Source of the DNA: Promethearchaeati archaeon
Lineage (GTDB): Archaea; Asgardarchaeota; Heimdallarchaeia; JABLTI01
Direction: 5' to 3'
Length of the DNA: 44,602 bases
Assembly (NCBI GenBank): GCA_013166835.1
Contig: JABLTI010000019.1
Span: 1 to 44,602, forward strand
How positions within the stretch are numbered: the first letter of the stretch is position 1; each line of letters begins with the position of its first letter. Of this stretch, positions 41,014-44,602 are shown piece by piece. A program made the position numbers and the translations under genes. The notes under the pieces were generated by a model that was not told where the DNA came from, ran no database searches, and saw only the letters and a program-made list of their open reading frames with translations.

Positions 41014-41322
41014 TTAAAGTTTTCCGAGTTCGGTTTCCGATGAAAGTATTTGGTTTAGTTCATTACATAATTCTAAATTTATAGCATTCTCAGCATCGGA
41101 TAAGTAGAGTGTTAAGCATTCTTTCACTGTATCAATTTCAGGCAAATAGGTTTTCCCAAAAGTAATGGCAGCTGTTAATTGCTCTCCTCCCTCATGTACG
41201 TAAGCATTTTCTGCAATTTTCACATAACCAGCAGTTCGTAGTAATTTATCGAAAAGTGTTTCAAATTTCTTTGGCTTTGAAATAAAGCAGGTGATTATCA
41301 TAGGAAATCGAATAGTGCTCAA
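41014..41322 (-). CDS. Hypothetical protein, possibly Cas2/VapD-like ferredoxin fold
   Basis: FDKLLRTAGYVKIAENAYV segment. Confidence 0.5.
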   Translation of the reverse strand: MSTIRFPMIITCFISKPKKFETLFDKLLRTAGYVKIAENAYVHEGGEQLTAAITFGKTYLPEIDTVKECLTLYLSDAENAINLELCNELNQILSSETELGKL

Positions 41323-41490
41323 TCTCGTATCACTTTCCCTAGTATTCGTTATTAATATGGTATTTTGGATTAAATTTGTTTCTAGGATAAAACATTGGTT
41401 TCAATGGATAATGGTTACTGGGCATCCAAAAAGTAAAAAGATAAGAAGCACCTTGTCCATTAATGGATTGAGCTATTCGGTGTAAAAATT

Positions 41491-42816
41491 ATGAAGCAAA
41501 TCCAAGTTACAGTTCCAGCAGGAGATGGGAATGAATTAGTGAAAAGCTTAGATGAAGTTGTTTCTCCCTCTCAAATCACTCATGTTAAAGGCAGTGATTT
41601 CAGCTTAATTTTGATTACTGTATCCCCTAATAGAACTGGTTTTGTGTTGGATCATCTTATAGATTTAGGGATTGGAAGAGTAAAAGGTAGAATATCCATC
41701 ACAGATGTTGAAGCAACTATTCCGAGGATTAGACCTAGAAAACAGGATCGATTCCTCAGAAGAATATCGATTGAGGAATTGGAAGAAAATGTTTCATCCT
41801 TAACAAAAATGAACTTTAATTTTATTTCCTGGACAATTTTATCCTCAATACTTGCAGCATTAGGACTTGTTGGAGATGATAATGTAACGCTAATTGCTTC
41901 TATGATTATTGCTCCATTAATGGGTCCCTTAGTAGCTCTAGCATTTGGGGCTGTAACTTCTAACCAAAAAATTCTACGGGAAGGAGTTATTACTTCTAGT
42001 GTTGGCATTCTAATTACTATAACAATTGGTATAATAATTGGTTCATTTTATAGATTTACTTTATCCGAGCCTAGCACTTTTATCATTGCTCGTGGGGAAC
42101 CAAATGTTGTAAATCTAGTAATTGCCATTGCATCTGGTTTAACTGCAGGAATTTGTTTTGTAAGCGGAACTTCACTTGCCTTAGTGGGTGTTGCTGCTGC
42201 AGCTGCTCTTTTACCTGTTTCTGTTAATATTGGAATAGCACTTGTTTTAGCTGAATGGCAAATTGCTTTAGGAAGTCTAGTATTATTCATTACTAATGTT
42301 ATATGCGTAATTCTTGGTTGTATGGTTGTTTTTTGGATCAGAAAAGTGGAACCACCTCAAGCAGTGAAAAAAGTCAAAGCAAGAAGAACATTACGAAATC
42401 AAATCATAGCATTTGTTTTAGTCCTGTTAGTAGTGGCATTTCCAATTGTCCAAACTTCTGTGCAAATCATACGGAAATGGCGTTATCAAACATTTGCAAA
42501 TGAAGCTATGAATGATTATATTCGTCCCTTGGATGGTGTCATTTATCCTCCGGAAGTAGTTGATGTTATTATTGGTGGTGGGATTTTTGGCGGTTACACA
42601 GTAGATATAACAATCCGCATATTTTCAACAAAAGAACTGCCTAATTCAACGTATACAAATCTGAAAATTTCAATTGAAGGAAGAGCTAATCATGGCATAC
42701 GGACGCTGAAACTCGAAGTAGTATTAATTCAAAGTTTTGACACAAGTATGTCTCCACGATACGTTTTACCATATAATTGTGCACCACTGCTAAATTTGTA
42801 TAAGCTTATCAACTAA
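41491..42816 (+). CDS. TIGR00341/DUF389 family membrane protein
   Basis: LAALGL..IASMIIAPLMGP, LVGVAAAAALLP, LFITNVICV. Confidence 0.9.
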   Translation: MKQIQVTVPAGDGNELVKSLDEVVSPSQITHVKGSDFSLILITVSPNRTGFVLDHLIDLGIGRVKGRISITDVEATIPRIRPRKQDRFLRRISIEELEENVSSLTKMNFNFISWTILSSILAALGLVGDDNVTLIASMIIAPLMGPLVALAFGAVTSNQKILREGVITSSVGILITITIGIIIGSFYRFTLSEPSTFIIARGEPNVVNLVIAIASGLTAGICFVSGTSLALVGVAAAAALLPVSVNIGIALVLAEWQIALGSLVLFITNVICVILGCMVVFWIRKVEPPQAVKKVKARRTLRNQIIAFVLVLLVVAFPIVQTSVQIIRKWRYQTFANEAMNDYIRPLDGVIYPPEVVDVIIGGGIFGGYTVDITIRIFSTKELPNSTYTNLKISIEGRANHGIRTLKLEVVLIQSFDTSMSPRYVLPYNCAPLLNLYKLIN

Positions 42817-42836
42817 TCAAAAAGAATAAGTTAGTC

Positions 42837-43631
42837 CTATGAAACACCTTCAACGGAAAGATTATACCGTTTTAATAACACTGCAATTTCTTCAAGTTCT
42901 GTGACAGTTTTAGAAGTCAGTTTCTTCTTATATAAATGGGAGTTTAAATTAGCTGCTGCACGATTAATTTCATGCTTTCTCCAAATAGACATCTCAGGAT
43001 CAGCTAAGAGAGAATAAAGTATTTTCTTTTTCTTATCAGCAATTAAGAAAACATCTCGATGCATAATTTCCTTACCAATTAATTCCTTAATTACCCCTTT
43101 ATCAGTGACTGTGAAAACTCTTGGAAGGACCCCTTGAAAAAGCATATTCATCTTTCTGTAAACGTTGCTGAGGTTATTAGGGTGTAAATCCTTATCATAA
43201 TTTATCTCTCGAGAGATAATATTGAAGTATGGTTCAATTAATCCATAGGAATCCAAAATCAACCTTGTATGTTCGACATTGTAAATTAAAAATAAAACAC
43301 AAAAACGACCGAAGGTTCTAATTCTATGATCGGTGGAATCTTCCGCTTTAACAACAAAAGATATTGCAAGTGCTTTTAGGGTAGCTCTATCTTTAATCGG
43401 GAAAGGACCAAATTGTTGTATAGTTGATCTCCTTTCCTCATCATCATTTATATCCTCAATGGCATCAAGGGGATTATCTAATCCAATAACTGTCATGCCT
43501 TTTATGGCTAAAATCATTGCTTCGTCATCAGCTAATTCTGTGTTATTAAAAACAGTATCAGGACCACTATCAGCAAAGGATGAAACTATAATACCAACTA
43601 GTTTTGGATCGTACTGCCCATCTATATCCAT
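42837..43631 (-). CDS. Putative longin/uDENN-like plus gelsolin-like domain protein
   Basis: IIVSSFADSGP, FGPFP; C-terminal PRVFTV...DVFLI...ILY; likely start MDIDGQ at 43631 rather than 43817. Confidence 0.6.
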   Translation of the reverse strand: MDIDGQYDPKLVGIIVSSFADSGPDTVFNNTELADDEAMILAIKGMTVIGLDNPLDAIEDINDDEERRSTIQQFGPFPIKDRATLKALAISFVVKAEDSTDHRIRTFGRFCVLFLIYNVEHTRLILDSYGLIEPYFNIISREINYDKDLHPNNLSNVYRKMNMLFQGVLPRVFTVTDKGVIKELIGKEIMHRDVFLIADKKKKILYSLLADPEMSIWRKHEINRAAANLNSHLYKKKLTSKTVTELEEIAVLLKRYNLSVEGVS

Positions 43632-43968
43632 TTTTTCTATACTCCGATGATTTAAGATTCGAGAACCGACGTAAATTGCTATGATAATATTACATATTCT
43701 GTAGCTAGGGTTTATATTCCTTTTCAATGGAACATAAAAGAGAATTCTTGAAAAGACAGCAAAATTCGGGTTATTTTTTATTTTTACATAAAAAAATCTC
43801 TTGTTTGTAATTGCCACAACAATAATTCTTTAAATTTGATTAACAGAATATTATGAAGGCAAGAAGCAATCTCTCAGGAGTAACTGTTGATTGCTAAACC
43901 ACAATCAATTGAGTGAATAATGATAATTAATCACAAGAAAATTGAGAAATACGGATGGTTATTAAAGA

Positions 43969-44418
43969 ATGAAAATGATCCTAAAAAGAAAGAATGCAGT
44001 CTCACCAGTTATTGCAACAATTCTTTTAATTGCATTAACTGTAACTGCTGCAGCAATCGTATATTTTGTTGTTGTACCATTATTACAGTCTAATCCAGTT
44101 TTAGCATACACAGAACACGGCAAAGTTGCTGGAACAAGCAACAAATACGAAGTTACAATAGTGAACAATGGGGGCGCTGATGCAAATCTTGCAGGTTTAA
44201 CCGCCTTTACATTTACAAATACTACTGATGATTATAATCCAGCACATGTTTATTATTCAATATCAACGGAAGTTACAACGTGGCCATATGTTGTAGCACA
44301 AGGCGAAACAGTGATAATTCATTCGATTTCACTTTTACCTATTAAGAATGATTTATTCATTCTTTTCTTCTTTTTCTTACAATTAAAATCCCAAAGGTGT
44401 TTTGATTTAATTAAGTGA
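43969..44418 (+). CDS. Archaeal type IV pilin/archaellin-like protein with probably frameshifted C-terminus
   Basis: Class III signal peptide KRKNA/VSPVIATILLIALTVTAAAIVY. Confidence 0.88.
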   Translation: MKMILKRKNAVSPVIATILLIALTVTAAAIVYFVVVPLLQSNPVLAYTEHGKVAGTSNKYEVTIVNNGGADANLAGLTAFTFTNTTDDYNPAHVYYSISTEVTTWPYVVAQGETVIIHSISLLPIKNDLFILFFFFLQLKSQRCFDLIK

Positions 44419-44602
44419 ATATTTAATTAGTGGTTTGTTTTATTAAACTGATGAAAAATTTATTTACATTTATATACTCATACAACCTATATCTACACAA
44501 GTAAAAGTTCTAAATGAAAATTCGTCTTTTCCATTAGTAAAAGGACTTGAAAAACAAAGACTTTTACAGTTGTTATATACTCAATTTATTTAAGAGGGGA
44601 AA

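Noticed and set aside
43632-43817. N-terminal 62 aa of the 326-aa ORF
   Set aside because: Looks like AT-rich promoter DNA read in frame; the internal ATG at 43631 directly precedes the recognisable domain

Overview
AT-rich archaeal genomic window, most likely from an Asgard archaeon (possibly Heimdallarchaeia; this is inferred from eS26, scattered A/V-ATPase genes and a longin/uDENN-like protein). It is mostly housekeeping DNA: a por/vor gamma-delta-alpha-beta operon, tRNA-Gln(CUG), alaS, a ribosomal-protein operon from uL22 to uL15 with Rpp29, ATP synthase subunits C, K and I, tldD/pmbA, pyrG, RIO2, an HdrC/B-like protein and an archaeal pilin. I found no CRISPR array or transposase. The best candidate for an undescribed system is at the ribosomal operon. 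It starts at uL22 behind a ~200-nt, five-hairpin structured leader RNA. Three of its proteins (uS3, eL32, uL18) carry long histone-H1-like Lys/Thr/Ala/Pro tails. A small double C2H2 zinc-finger gene is transcribed divergently from it. Other notable items are a putative longin/uDENN-gelsolin fusion, an orphan Cas2/VapD-like ORF, a possible AUU start for atpK, recurrent hairpin terminators, and deletion-type frameshifts in tldD and the pilin. All family calls are by eye from motifs, with no database searches.
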